In this document: positions 63,934-64,000 of the stretch, piece by piece
How positions within the stretch are numbered: position 1 is the stretch's first letter
Layout: every line of letters starts with the position of its first letter
Program-made: the position numbers and the translations under genes
Notes under the pieces: model-generated
What the model was told of the DNA's origin: nothing
What the model saw: only the letters and a program-made list of their open reading frames with translations
Database searches by the model: none
DNA from: Nitrospira sp.
GTDB lineage: Bacteria > Nitrospirota > Nitrospiria > Nitrospirales > Nitrospiraceae
DNA: 64,000 nucleotides
Assembly: GCA_030692565.1 (NCBI GenBank)
Contig: JAUYAO010000004.1
Location: forward strand, 17,413 to 81,412
Direction of reading: 5' to 3'

Positions 63934-64000
63934 CTAGGATTTGGTCTGGGGTTTGGCGACGTGCAGAAAACGTTGCAGGCGGCTGCGATCCAGATCGGAC
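63934..64000 (-). CDS. 3' end of an unidentified gene running off the window
   Basis: Open frame ending ...SDLDRSRLQRFLHVAKPQTKS then TAG at 63934-63936. Too short to call. Confidence 0.3.
   Translation of the reverse strand, partial: SDLDRSRLQRFLHVAKPQTKS

Noticed and set aside
1-64000. CRISPR arrays, rRNA genes, prophage or integrase genes
   Set aside because: I found no regularly spaced direct repeats, no rRNA-like sequence and no integrase or phage structural genes while reading the window. The only tandem repeat is the tRNA-Gln pair.

Overview
High-GC (about 60%) chromosomal segment of a Gram-negative bacterium. Gene content is reminiscent of Nitrospirota, but I cannot verify that without a search. 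Most of it is core or housekeeping: queD, typA, PBP1A, a complete ISC Fe-S assembly locus (iscR-iscS-iscU-iscA-hscB-hscA-iscX, with fdx displaced upstream), gltX followed by two tRNA-Gln genes, and yacG.

Accessory modules are interleaved with these:
1. A PNAG-like exopolysaccharide locus (processive GT2 synthase, GH-like protein, TPR-porin, CE4 deacetylase). It lies next to a four-gene phosphorelay operon (1301-aa hybrid kinase, Hpt, REC, membrane HEAT-repeat protein).
2. A block of secreted GlcG/DUF336, cupin and SMP-30 proteins.
3. Three small ORFs, two of them paralogous 4-Cys zinc ribbons, overlapping a MIP channel.
4. A SigZ-type ECF sigma, ArsI/CadI, HxlR, SDR and tautomerase detox cluster.
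5. A low-GC islet carrying a TIGR04255-like gene translationally coupled to an antitoxin/PIN pair.
6. A GAF-GAF-PAS sigma-54 activator cleanly split by a 1282-bp IS3-family element. A consensus -24/-12 promoter follows, driving a STAS / ECF sigma / zf-HC2 / alternative-oxidase-like / glucose-dehydrogenase-like operon.
7. A periplasmic redox cluster: cytochrome b, two molybdopterin oxidoreductases and a TlpA/DipZ-like thioredoxin.
8. A DUF1800/DUF1501 pair.

Three conserved genes (cadI-like, MDR glucose dehydrogenase-like, IS3 orfB) each carry a single-base frame break of the same sign. These are either real pseudogenes or deletion-type assembly errors.

I saw no rRNA and no CRISPR array. Many long ORFs in the supplied track are antisense or off-frame artefacts typical of high-GC DNA.
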